From contig NW_021833438.1 of NCBI RefSeq assembly GCF_006345805.1, positions 1 through 64,000 on the forward strand: DNA of 64,000 bases, written 5' to 3'. Below are positions 12,958-25,547 of this stretch, piece by piece. A program made the position numbers and the translations under genes. The notes under the pieces were generated by a model, which was not told the DNA's origin, made no database searches, and saw only the letters and a program-made list of their open reading frames with translations. The DNA comes from Octopus sinensis (taxonomy: Eukaryota). Every line of letters begins with the position of its first letter. Positions within the stretch are counted from its first letter, which is position 1.

Positions 12958-13351
12958 TTACATTATTTACATTTGACAGATGTTAGTCTTCATCTTATTT
13001 GGTATTAACTCAACATTTCGGTTGATATACCCTCCAGCCTTCATCAGGTTCTTGGGAAAATTTTGAACCTGAGTTCTCATTCCTAAGGTATTTTTCGATG
13101 TAATAATTATTATTATTATTATTATTATTGTTATTATTATTATTGCTTGGAATCGAACTCAGAATCTTGGGGTTAGAATCCCGTGCTCTTAACCACTATG
13201 CCATATGCCCATGGTAATACTTTAGGAATGAGGATCCAGGTTCGAAATTTCCCCAAGACACCTGATGAAGGCTGGAGGGTATATCAGTAGAAACGTTGTG
13301 TTAACAACAAACACGATCAGGACAAATATCTGCTGAATGTAAATAATGTAC
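12958..13351. mobile_element. Inverted pair of Penelope-type repeats, each with a hammerhead-like motif, enclosing (ATT)n and a tRNA-like head
   Basis: ~135-bp arms 12958-13091 and 13217-13351; motifs at 13007-13051(-) and 13257-13302(+); tRNA-like segment 13143-13210(-). Confidence 0.75.
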
Positions 13352-14138
13352 ATGATTGTACATAGTAATGTACCTTGGGCAAACATCTACTATAGCCTCG
13401 TGAGTGGATTTGATAGACGGAAACTGAAAGAAGCCTGTTGTATATATGTGTGTGCACGTGTGTGTTTGTGTGTCTGTGTTTGTCCCCCCAACATCGCTTG
13501 CCAACCGATGCTGGTATGTTTATCCCCGTAACATAGTGGTTCGGCAAAAGAGACCGATAGAATAAATACTAGGCTTACAATGAATATATCTTGGGGGGAT
13601 GGGTGATGTTTGTGTGTCTGTGTTTGTCTCCCCCATCATCGCTTGACAACCGTAACTTAGCGGTTCAGCAAAAGAGACCGATAGAATAAGTACTAGGCTT
13701 AACAAAGAATAAGTCCTGGGGGTTGATCTGTTCGACTAAAGGCAGTGCTCCAGCATGGCCACAGTCAATGACTGAAACAAGTAAAGAGAGTAATTCCTCA
13801 TCTCTTAAATATAGAACTGTGAAATAAAGTGTCGTGCTCAAGGACCCAATGCATCGCTGGGAATTGAACTCACAACCTCATAGTCTTGAGCCAAATACCC
13901 TAACCACTAAGCTACGTGCCTTCACTGAGTTGTACTAGTTTGGTTAAAACGGCACTTCCATAAGGTACCATTTACTTTCATTTTGGTTCAGACTTTGAAT
14001 TGTGGCTAAAGACTTTCTTGACCCAATATTTATGTGCTATATTTATAGCTTTATGCGCTTCGAGAACCACTGTTCCAAAAACGAATTATTTTAAGATCAT
14101 AGACTTTGTGACACCATATGAGAGCAGAGTGGATAGCA

Positions 14139-14307
14139 GGCGCAGGAGTGGCTGTGTGGTAAGTAGCTTGCTTACCAACCACATGGTTCTGGGTTCATTC
14201 CCAGTGCGTGGCACCTTGTAAGTGTCTTCTACTATAGCCTTGGGCTGACCAAAGCCTTGTGAGTGGATTTGGTAGATGGAAACTGAAAGAAGCCCGTCGT
14301 ATATATG

Positions 14308-14338
<31 letters not shown>

Positions 14339-14565
14339 ATATGTTTGTGTGTCTGTGTTTGCCCCCCCAACATCACTTGACAACCGATGCTGGTGTGTTT
14401 ACGTCCCTGTAACATAGCGGTTCGGCAAAAGAGACCGGTAGAATAAGTACTAGGCTTACAAAGAATAAGTCCTGGGGTCGATTTACTCGACTAAAGGTGG
14501 TGCTCCAGCATGGCCGCAGTCAAATGACTGAAACAAGTAAAAGAGTAAAAGAGAGTAAAGAGTAA
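14139..14565 (+). mobile_element. SINE family A, full length
   Basis: Head ggcgcaggagtggctgtgtggtaagtagc..gggttcattccc; CORE-like ggcaccttgtaagtgtcttc; internal TA/TG microsatellite; aagagtaa tail. Confidence 0.9.
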
Positions 14566-14569
14566 TTGA

Positions 14570-14830
14570 AAAGAGGGGTCGCTAGAGAGATAAAGAGAAA
14601 GTGGAAGGCTAACATGACAGTTGTCCCTTTGATATTTTGATGCACAACACCCAAACTGCTAAGAGGATGAAGGAAGCTGGAATTGAGAAAACACATTGTC
14701 GACCTGGTAAAAAAAAAAGGTGCCATCCTGTATTCTGGAAGAATCCTCAGAAAATTTTCCTGAGATATGAAGAGACTTGTCACCAAGTTTCAAGATAACA
14801 CACTAATTAGATTAGAATGTGATTGGTTCT
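14570..14830 (+). pseudogene. Decayed 3' end of an R4/Dong-like (RLE) LINE
   Basis: Reads approximately RKWKANMTVVPLIF..LELRKHIVDLVKKKGAILYSGRILRKFS*, resembling the RLE C-terminus; followed by a UTR and (TAA)n. Confidence 0.55.
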
Positions 14831-15002
14831 GAATGATGATAATAATAATAATAAGAAGAAGAAGAAGAAGAAGAAGAAGAATGATAATTATAATGATAAT
14901 AATAATTATAATAATAATGATAATAATAATAATAGTACTAGTAATAATAATAGTAATAATAATAATAATAAAAATAATGATAATAATAATAATAATGATA
15001 AT

Positions 15003-15562
15003 AAGCTATGCCCTGATGCAGTACCTGGCAGTGGCTCTCATGGCTTCTGATCCTAACTGATTGGAAGTGTTATCATGTACATTGTTTTGTTTTGGTATAA
15101 AAGATGGGCTACAGCAAATATTCAGCTCAATACCACAAATTTGCTTATCAGTTGTTTGACCTTAGCCAGTTGAGCATGTCCCTTAGTGGCTGACGATATG
15201 TGCATCTCTGATCACGAGCAGAAGTAGTGAGGGAGCATCATAGCCATGTGTTGAGAGGAATTCTTCAGGGTTTGAATAATTCACCTTTGGAAACATGGGT
15301 GGTTCGTTCAACATCTTTAAACAATCCTTATTCAGGGACCTTTTGAGCGGGGTGGGCTACTCGACCAGAAGAAAATTCTAACTGGGCCCCACCTGCAAGG
15401 TCATGTGCTGTTTATCTTGATATGAGATCACATGTCGCGCACATATTGTTGTGATGCATGTGCCTAGTGTACCCTTATCAGACGAGTAGTCATGATGGGT
15501 ATACTGGGCTTCGTATATTTTACCCCAGTGTCACTTTGATGGCATGCACTGCTCTCTCACTC

Positions 15563-15565
<3 letters not shown>
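15003..15565 (+). mobile_element. ~560-bp non-coding element bounded by (AAT)n
   Basis: Same termini (atgccctgatgca.. / ..ctctctcactcaata) as the internally deleted copy 48893-49232(-); fragment at ~52782-52885. Confidence 0.75.
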
Positions 15566-15642
<77 letters not shown>

Positions 15643-16078
15643 TGATGATGATGATAATAATAATAATACCAACAATAACAACAGCGGCAAAACGACAACA
15701 ACAACAACAATAATGATAATAATAAGTTTGGAACAAGGCCAGCAGTTTTGAGAGGTGGGTTTGTTGATTACATCGAGCCCAGTACTCAACTGGTACTCAT
15801 TTTATTGATTCTGAAAGGATGAAAAGCAAAGTCGACCTCAGTAGAATTTGAACTCAGAACATAAAAACAGACGACGTGCCGCAAAGTATCTTGCCCAGCC
15901 TGCTAACAATTCTGCCGGCTCACCGCCTTTAATAATAATCTTTTCTACTATAGGCACAAGGCCTGAAATAATTTGGGGGAAGAAGATGGTTGATTACATC
16001 GACCCCAGTGTTTCACTGGTACTTAATTTATCGACCCCGAAAGGATGAAAGGCAAAGTCGACCTAGTAGTAATAGTAA

Positions 16079-16123
<45 letters not shown>

Positions 16124-16200
16124 AAGCTATATCTGGACCCTCAAAAAATAGTACTGTCAAGAACAGCTCACATCCTGTGCAAGACACTATCAATTCTGTC

Positions 16201-16602
16201 AGTGGTGAGCTGGCTGAATCGTTAGCACGCCGGGCAAAATGCTTAGCGGTATTTTGTCTGCCATTACGTTCTGAGTTCAAGTTCCGCCGAGGTCGACTTT
16301 ACCTTTCATCCTTTCGGGGTCAATAAATTAAGTACCAGTTTCACATTGTGGTCAATGTAATCGGCTTAATCTGTTTGTCCCCTCTGTGCTTAGCCTCTTG
16401 TGGGTAGTAAAGAAATAGGTATTTTGTCTGCCATTACATTCTGAGTTCAAATTCCGCCGAGGTCGACTTTGCCTTTCATCCTTTCGGGGTTGATTAAATA
16501 AGTACCAGTTACACACTGGGGTTGATATAATTGACTTAATCCGTTTGTCTGTCCTTCTTTGTCCCCTCTCTGTGTAGCCCCTTGTGGGCAGTAAAGAAAT
16601 AA
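16201..16602 (+). mobile_element. SINE family B dimer
   Basis: Head gtggtgagctggctgaatcgttagcacgcc; junction aagaaatag|gtattttgtctgcc at ~16418. Confidence 0.85.
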
Positions 16603-16623
16603 GAAACTGAAAGAAGCCCATTG

Positions 16624-16658
<35 letters not shown>

Positions 16659-16908
16659 ATCTATTCATATCTTTGTGTCTGTGTTTGCTCTACACCATCG
16701 CTTGACAATTGATGTTGGTGTGTTTACGTTACCGTAACTTAGTGGTTTGACAAAAGAGACTGAGAGAATAAGTACTAGGCTTACAAAGAATAAGCACTCT
16801 GGTCTAAAAACATACTTTAAGACAGTGCTCCAGCATGGCCGCAGACAAATGACTGAATCAAGTAAAAGAATTAAAGAATATCTATCTATCTATGTATCTA
16901 TCTATCCA

Positions 16909-16960
<52 letters not shown>

Positions 16961-17699
16961 TAGATAGATAGATAGATGATAGATAGATAGATAATAGATA
17001 GATAGATAAATTGATAGATGTTCATCAATATGTGTGTGTATGTACTTGATCGATGTTTTATGCACAAACAATGTGTATTAGAAAATATAACATATATTAA
17101 ATGTAATTAGCTTACCGTTTACAATGCCTAGATAATACTGTGGAACTAAACAATTGTAAATAGATATCGTTATTCTTCTTGCATACAGGAAAATAAGAAT
17201 GTTATATTGACATGTTTCATGGTCGGTTGGTGACGTGCCAAAGGTCACTGCAGGCTAACTACATTAAATTTATTTAAGCTCAACAAATATTCATAAAATT
17301 GCAATTTATTTGGAGAATGGTGTCTTGATTTACAGAATGAATGAATAGGCATAAAGAGCTGACCTCTAATGCACGGTCTAAAGGAAATAATACTGGTTTT
17401 ATCTCGTAGCGAATCTCCTGTCAAAGAATGTTCTGTTTTGAGACCTACATTTCTCATCAGGTGGTGTGAAATGACAGAATCTTTTTGAGACTAAAAGTCG
17501 TAGAAGTTGAATATAGGCCTGCCTACAACAGAAAAATATATCAAAAACAGACACTTTTATACTAAAGCGGATGAGACTGTCCGGCGTGGAAAATCTATTC
17601 AAAAATGCTCAACATAAAAATTACATCCATACATCCATTCATACATACATAAATGTATTATGTGTATGTATTTGTTTGTAGGTATATATATATATATAT

Positions 17700-17890
17700 A
17701 TAGGGAGAGTTTATGAAAAAAACAAAAGATGAAGACAGGTGGTGTACAAAACAAACAGATGTATTAGTATAACGTTCAGGAATAGAAAAAGTCTTTTACA
17801 TTTCGAGCCTATGCTCTTCTACAGAAAGGAACACAGAAAAAACAAGGCGAGAAAAAAAATGTGTGTAGTGGCTAACGATCTATCATGGCG
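17700..17890 (-). mobile_element. Family P1 element (hammerhead-like motif 17793-17828)
   Basis: rc cttt CTGTAGA a gagc-atag-gctc GAA ATGT A aaag; (TA)n flank. Confidence 0.7.
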
Positions 17891-18370
17891 ATATTTGTTA
17901 TTTTAGTGCTGTTGACACTGCTGGATTGAATGGTACTGCCTGGATGTTAAAACCATAATAATATCTGTGGGCAGCTGATGATAGACGTGTGTTGGTATGG
18001 CTGTTTTTTTATATGTGGAATAGTGTCATAACACATCCTTTGCATATATATATATATATATGAAGAATAAGAAAATGAAGATATTGAAGTTAATAAGAGT
18101 TTATTATCAGCAAAAAATCGATCATTATCCCTTGCAGCTGTTTCAGTTAAGCTCGAGGAAGTTAAATAAATATTGAATATTATATATATATATACATATA
18201 TAAACAAAGATAAATGCGATACAATAAAATTAATTATAATCGCCGGTGTACCAGTACACGCCATATATTATACATATATCATTACATTCAAGGCGAAGAG
18301 TGCACTAGATACACAATAGCTGGATAAATTTAGTGAGATGAAAATTAAAAACTTTTACAAACTTAACTTT

Positions 18371-18443
18371 TCTTATACTGCAGTTTCGCCAAATTCAGTA
18401 ATAAAAATAGTATTTATTTACTCAGGCTGGCTCTTCAGTAAGA
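18371..18443 (-). ncRNA. Candidate type-I hammerhead ribozyme with intact core
   Basis: rc: tctta CTGAAGA gcca-(~34 nt)-tggc GAA ACTGCAGT A taaga; 5-bp stem I, G10.1-C11.1 pair, palindromic stem III. Confidence 0.7.
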
Positions 18444-18521
18444 TTCCTGTTAATGATGGGAAGACCATATCAATAGACCCATGTGCGTCTATCGAAATGC
18501 TCTTTCTATATATATACATAT

Positions 18522-18564
<43 letters not shown>

Positions 18565-19424
18565 CTGAAGGATTAAAATTAGTATTCCTTTGATTAATTT
18601 TAATCCTTCAGCTATTTAATGCTTTTTTGGGGCCTGTAATTACCTATATTATTGATTCTATTATTATCATTTTTTAATTGTTACACAAGATAATAATAGA
18701 GTCAATGATATCTTTGCAAATATTCTTTCTCCTGAATTATTTGCTCTGTACTGGTTGAAAGACATCTGTTGTTATGTCTATGTCGTGTTATTTGTATTTG
18801 TGTAACCTTCTCCATTTTTTTCTGCCCTTATTTTGTATACATTCGCTGTGTTCTTCCAAGAATCTAATGCTCTTAGCTTACTTTTTCCTTGGGGCTGGCT
18901 AGATTGGAGCAATCTCAAGTATAACCAGCTGAAATTGCAAAGATAATCTGGAACTCGACTGAGGAAAGAAAACTCCGAATGACCTGTCCTTATTTTCTTT
19001 GTATCGTCTATCAGGATGTTTTGTGTTCTTGTCCCATTTTGTATTTATATATATATACAAACACACACACATACACACACACACAAACATATATATATAT
19101 ATATATATACATATACTATAAAATAATAGCATAAAATGCACAAAACTGAACAAAATCCCTGGGAAGCACCCAACAGGGATGCTTCTACAATGAGACAAAC
19201 ATGTGAACTGAGCGAGCAAAGACTGCGCCTGCTAGGAGAGCATGCACAAGATCAGTGCTGACTATCGGTCGCTTGTATGAAATTCACTCGTACTTCAAGA
19301 CAAAAATTCGCATGAACCTTGGCTTGTACAACAAATTGCTTGTACAATAGTGCACTCGTGCTGTGAGATTCTACTGTGTGTGTGTATGTATATATATATA
19401 ATATATATATATAATATATATATT

Positions 19425-19456
<32 letters not shown>

Positions 19457-19559
19457 TAGATAGATAGATAGATAGATAGGTAGATAGATATAGATAGATA
19501 GATAGATAAAACTTAATTGGAAAAGGAGCATTGTGTTCAATCATATAATAATTTCTCTT

Positions 19560-19973
19560 TTTCTCTTTTCTTTCTCTTTTACTTGTTTCAGTCATTTGAC
19601 TGCGGCCATGCTGGAGCACCACCTTTAGTCGAGCAAATCGACCCTGGGACTTATTCTTTGTAAGCCCAGTACTTATTCCATCGGTCTCTTTTGCCGGACC
19701 GCTAAGTGACAGGGATGTAAATATACCAGCATCGGTTGTCAAGCAATGCTAGGGGGACAAACACAGACACACAAACATACACACACATACATATATATAT
19801 ACATATATATGACAGGCTTCTTTCAGTTTCCGTCTACCAAATCCACTCACAAGGCTTTGGTCGGCCCGAGGCTATAGTAGAAGACACTTGCCCAAGATGC
19901 CACACAGTGGGACTGAACCCGGAACCATGTGGTTGGTAAGCAAGCTACTTACCACACAGCCACTCCTGCGCCT
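19560..19973 (-). mobile_element. SINE family A, full length
   Basis: Reverse complement of the family A consensus from head (gccactcctgcgcct) to tail. Confidence 0.9.
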
Positions 19974-20065
19974 TATAAAAATAAATAATATATAAATATT
20001 ATATAAATAATATATAAATATATGCATATATACATACATATATGTACATACCTACATATATATGT

Positions 20066-20179
20066 ATATATACATGCATATATGGGTACAGACATCAAAA
20101 AACGTTGAAACACAAGTTTTCGTTTCTCATTGTGTTCAACGTTTTTTGATGTCCTGTACCCATATATGCATGTATATAT
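20066..20179. repeat. Near-perfect ~50-bp-arm hairpin
   Basis: atatatacatgcatatatgggtacagacatcaaaaaacgttgaaacacaa / ttgtgttcaacgttttttgatgtcctgtacccatatatgcatgtatatat; ~14-nt loop. Confidence 0.85.
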
Positions 20180-20445
20180 ACATGTACATATTTGTATGTA
20201 TATATGCATATATTTATATATCATTTATATTATATATATATATTATATATGTATATAAATTAGAGAAGAACCACCATGTAGCAATTCAACAATGATATAA
20301 TTAAATCATAATATATAGAAAAAAATTAAATATTCGATAAAACATACCAATAATTAAGTAAAGTACAAAATAATAAATAAATAGTATATAATTAGTAAAA
20401 AGACTACACGTGTTTCGTGGCTATATTTTCAAACTGATAACAGTA

Positions 20446-20495
<50 letters not shown>

Positions 20496-21074
20496 TCAAG
20501 ATACAATACACTCACACACACACACAGATATCTATATATATAAGTTTGGAGTATCTCTGATACTGACCTACAGATGTTAAAACAATATCAACTGCATCAT
20601 GGCTCAGATTAACCATTCAGCACGTGTTTAAAGCAGTAAGGGAAACAAGACACCACAGAGCGATTGTTACTTCCTTGCGTTGGATTTACCAGGAAACAAA
20701 TGGTGAATTATAACAATTTCATTAAAAAAAAATATAGGATGAATGAATAATATGGAAAGTTTAGTTTGTTTTTTAATTGCCCAAGCTGTAAATAAATAGT
20801 TGTTTGGGAAAGAACCTTGCTTCTCGACAAACCATATGGTGTTGGGTTCACCTTGGACACGTGTCTTCTACTTATAACCCTGGGCCGACCAACGCTTTGT
20901 GAATGAATTTGATAGACATAAACTGTCTACTGTATACATACATACATACATACATACTCTGTTGATGTTGAAATTCCAGTGAAAGACCCTTGGATCTAGG
21001 TTAGAAAACAACTTTTTTTCGATCAGCAAGAAATCTTGAAATAAAACTGAATAATGACACTATATATATATATA

Positions 21075-21260
21075 CCTGCAATTTTTTTCCTCTGTCCTCC
21101 CGTCTCGGGATCTTTCTTTCTCCTATGTTTCCGACGAAGAGCTCCGCTCGAAACGTCATACCCTCCTTCTTCCATTTTCCTGAGCGCCTAATAATAATAA
21201 TACTGTAATTGTTCCACGTGTTGTTGTTTTTTCTGTTTTCCCGTTTGGATTAACCTTATA
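21075..21260 (+). mobile_element. (TA)n-embedded element family P2 with hammerhead-like motif (21127-21161)
   Basis: gttt CCGACGA a gagc-tcc-gctc GAA ACGT C atac; homologous to 23220-23415(-). Confidence 0.65.
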
Positions 21261-22022
21261 TATATATATTGAGCAAGCACTATATGAGAGAGGTTTTCTT
21301 TAAGTATTGGAAATAGTTTTAAAAAAGTTTTTTTAGCTGCTATTTCTAATGAGTTCAGTATGCGGCAAAGTAATTTATTTTACTAAGCCCTTTTATATAA
21401 TGTAATAATTTGAATTCGCCTTAAATGGTCCCTTTGCATACTGAATACTTGGTGAAATTGATTAATTAATTAATTTTACCCTCAATTGTTAAAATTATAT
21501 ATATATATAATATATATATATATATACACACATATATGTGTGTGTGTGTTGGTGTGTGTGTGTGTATGTGTGTTTGTGCTTGTGTCTGTACCCCACCACT
21601 GCTCACTTGACAACCGGTGCTGGTTTATTTACATCACCATAACAGAGCAGTTCGGCAAAAGAGACCAATAGAATAAGTGCTGGGCTTAAAGTTAGTATCG
21701 GGAGCAATTTTAACAACTAAAATTCTTTAAGGCAGTGCCACAGCAGAGGTGCAGTCCTATGACTGAAACAAATAAAAGACAATATATATATATATATATA
21801 TATATATTCCTGAGTAAGCACATAAATGTGAAACAAGGTGGAAAAAAGAGTACTCAAATACCAGAGGTAGAGTAATATGCTTTATTTATCTGTTGTTTAT
21901 CTTTTTTTTTAACAAAACTGTTTATCTGTTGTTTATCTTCTTTTTAACAAAACTGTCCGACGAACGGGAACGTGAAACTCCGAATAACAGCTTTTGTTAT
22001 ATTTCTGCTGCTTTTAAATAAA

Positions 22023-22064
<42 letters not shown>

Positions 22065-22069
22065 CCCCC

Positions 22070-22740
22070 TTGGACACACAAAGACCTGTTGAGGCAAGCG
22101 AAGTCGATTATCGAACCTCATCCGACGACAGGCACCTATGGCAACCCCCCTTGCTTGCGAAGACCTGTTGGGGCAAGTGAAATCGAAATTGAACCAATCC
22201 TATGACTAGCACCCGGCAGATGCCAGGGCCCTGGGACTGGAGGTACGTAAAAAGCACTATCCGAATTGTGGCCAATACCAGCGCTGCCTCGCCTGGCTTC
22301 CGTGTCGGTGGCACGTAAGAAGCACCATCCGAATCGTAGCCGAAGCCAGTGCCACCTCGACTGGCTTCCATAAAATGCACCATCCGAATTGTGTCCGATG
22401 CCAGCGCCGCCTCGACTGGCTTCCGTGTCGGTGGCACGTAAAAAGCACCATCCGAATCGTAGCCGAAGCCAGTGCTGCCTCGACTGGCTTCCATAAAATG
22501 CACCAATCCGACCGTGGCCGATACCAGCCTCGCCTGGCACCAGTGCAGGTGGCACGTAAAAAGCACCCACTACACTCACGGAGTGGTTGGCGTTAGGAAG
22601 GGCATCTAGCTGTAGAAACATTGCCAGATAAGACTGGAGCCTAGTGCAGCCTTCTGGCTTCCCAGATCACCGGTCGAACCGTCCAACCCATGCTAGCATG
22701 GAGAACGGACGTTAAACGATGATGATGATGATGATGATAT
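22070..22740 (+). mobile_element. (GAT)n-tailed retroelement family C with diverged internal ~65-bp repeats
   Basis: aaaagcaccatccgaa...gtggcacgta units; ggcgttaggaagggcatc; ends ggacgttaaacgatgatgatg. Confidence 0.85.
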
Positions 22741-22852
22741 ACACACACATATATATATATTTCCAAGAAAGTTATTGGTTGTGAATGCAGCCAACTAAGG
22801 GATAATATCTATCCAATACACTGGTCGTAGGATACCCAATTATTAATACACA

Positions 22853-23070
22853 AGATATTTTCCCAATTTATATTCCTGTATATTGTATTTTAATAATACT
22901 TGGTATCTCTGTATATATTATATATTTTATATGTAAAGCATAATATGTTATACATGTATATGTATTCTTGTAATTGTCATTTTAGTAAATAAAAAATAAG
23001 TTGACATAATATAATGTCAAAAAGTTGATGAACCACCTATTGATCCCCTCCATTTTCTTATTGCTCTATA
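22853..23070 (+). mobile_element. Single arm of the Penelope-like family seen at 63411-63933
   Basis: agatattttcccaatttatattcctg...gttgatgaaccacctattgatcccctccattttcttattgctctata matches the 63.4-63.9 kb arms. Confidence 0.8.
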
Positions 23071-23134
23071 CATTATATATATATATGTATATATATATAT
23101 ATGTATATATATATATGTCTATATATATATATTG

Positions 23135-23166
<32 letters not shown>

Positions 23167-23219
23167 ATATATAATATATATATATATATTATATAATATA
23201 TATATATATATATATAAAG

Positions 23220-23415
23220 TTAATCCAAACAAGAAAAGCACCAAAAACACAACAACGCGAGGACGTGGAACAAAATATAGTATTATTGGACGCTCAGGAA
23301 GAAGGAAAGAAGGAGGGTTTAACGTTTCGAGCGGAGCTCTTCGTCGGAAACATTGGAGAAGGAAAGATCCAGAGAAGGGAAGACAGAGGAAAAAAAAATC
23401 GCCAACGGTACCGAC
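23220..23415 (-). mobile_element. Family P2 element (hammerhead-like motif 23317-23351)
   Basis: rc gttt CCGACGA a gagc-tcc-gctc GAA ACGT T aaac. Confidence 0.65.
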
Positions 23416-23540
23416 GAGGTCACATTTTGAAAGCAATATATATATATATATATTTTAAAATAGCCATCATTTGCAAGCGAGGATAACTTGGTAGCACGTA
23501 TCATGCTTTCAGTAATTGTTTTCCATTATTATTATTATTA

Positions 23541-23594
<54 letters not shown>

Positions 23595-23596
23595 TA

Positions 23597-23654
<58 letters not shown>

Positions 23655-23899
23655 TGTTATCATTATTATTATTGGCAGCGAGATGGCAGAATCGTTATCA
23701 CGCCTGGCGAAATGCTTAGCGGTATTTCATCTGTCTTCATGTTCTGAAGTTCAAATTCCACCGAGGTTGACTTTGCCTTTCATCCTTTCAGGGTCGATAA
23801 ATTAAGTACCTGTTGTATACTTGGGTCGATGTAAACGACTGGCCCCTCCCTCCAAATTCCAAGCCTTGTGCCTATAGTAGAAAGAATTATTATTATTAA

Positions 23900-23939
<40 letters not shown>

Positions 23940-24249
23940 GGTGGTGAGCTGGCAGAATCATTAGCACACCTGGCAAAATGTTTAGCGGTATTTTGTCTGC
24001 TGCTACGGTCTTAGTTCAAATTCCACTGAGGTCTACTTTGCATTTCATCCTTTCAGGGTCGATAAAGTTTATCAAAGCACGAAACTATCGAACCCTGAGT
24101 CACTCTGTTACTTCTACTAAATATATATATGTGTGTGTGTGTGTGTATATATATAGGTATGTGTGTGTGTGTGTATATATATATAGGTGTGTGTGTGTGT
24201 GTATATATATATAGGTGTGTGTGTGTGTGTTGTGTGTGTGTGTGTGTAT

Positions 24250-24445
24250 ATAGGGAGAGTTTACGAAAAAACAATAGATGAAGACAGGTGGTGTACAAAA
24301 CAAACAGATGTATTAGTATAACACTCAGGAATAGAAAAAGTCTTTTACATTTCGAGCCTACGCTCTTCTACAGAAAGGGACACAGAAAAAACAAGGAGAG
24401 AAAAAAAAGAGAGAGAAAAACGTGTGTAGTGGCTAACGATCTATA
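24250..24445 (-). mobile_element. Family P1 element (hammerhead-like motif 24342-24377)
   Basis: rc cttt CTGTAGA a gagc-gtag-gctc GAA ATGT A aaag. Confidence 0.7.
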
Positions 24446-24599
24446 TATATATATACACACATACACACGTATACTTTAATATGTATACATATATTTGCAA
24501 TACGTATGTGTGTGCATGTGCGTGCGTGTGTGTGTGGGATATGTCCGTCTGTCTGTCTGCATGTATGTCTATGTGTGTATATGTGTGTGTATTATATAT

Positions 24600-25017
24600 T
24601 CTCTTTTATTCTTTTACTTCTTTCAGTCATTTGACTGTGGCCATGCTGGAGCACCGCCTTTAGTCGAGCAAATCGACCCCAGGATTTATTCTTTGTAAGC
24701 CCAGTACTTATTCTATCGGTTTCTTTTGCCGAACCGCTAAGTGACGGCGACGTAAACACACTAGCATCTGTTGTCAAGCAATGCTAGGGGGACAAACACA
24801 GACACGCAAACATACATGCAAACATACACGCACATACGTATATATACATATATACGACAGGATGCTTTCAGTTTCTGTCTACCAAATCCACTTACAAGGC
24901 ATTGGTCGGCCCGAGGCTATAGTAGAAGACATTTTCCTAAGGTGCTACGCAGTGGGACTAACCCAGAACCATGTGGTGGGTAAACAAGCTACTTACCACA
25001 CAGCCACTCCTGCACCT
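24600..25017 (-). mobile_element. SINE family A
   Basis: Matches family A from tail (ctcttttattcttttact) to head (cagccactcctgcacct). Confidence 0.9.
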
Positions 25018-25547
25018 ATATATATATATAATATATATTCAAGCCAGTGACCAGCAATGACGACACCGGTTTGACTTTGAATCTCTTTAATAATTGAAAA
25101 TAATGAATTTAATTCCTCTTAATTCTACCTCAGTTCATCTAATTGTATTTATTTATTGCTACTTTTCATTAAAAAGGCCTTAATTTTTTGATATTCAATG
25201 TACATTTTCGCTTTTTCTCTTCTTACCTTCCCCATATCTTTTCCACGTGTAGTTTCTATTTTCTTTTTGAAATATATTTCTACTATATATCATCATCATC
25301 ATCATCATTTAGCGTCCGTTTTCCATGCTAGCATGGGTTGGATGGTTCAACTGGGGTCTGTGAAGCTGGAAGGCTTCATCAGGCCCAGTCAGATCTGGCA
25401 GTGTTTCTACGGCTGGATGCCCTTCCTAACGCCAACCACTCCGTGGTTTATATATATATAATATAAATTAATATATATATATAAATTAAAAGAATGAGAT
25501 AAAAATCCAAGGCTGTGAAAGATTTCAGAACATTTATAAAGAGAAGG

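Noticed and set aside
13143-13210. Possible tRNA-Arg(TCT) gene
   Set aside because: Acceptor and T stems pair poorly; treated as a tRNA-derived element head
18955-19000. CTGAGGA..GAAT motif (homologue CTGAAGA..GAAT at ~57892-57925, - strand)
   Set aside because: No A15.1-U16.1 pair, no palindromic stem III and no stem I; too degenerate to call a hammerhead
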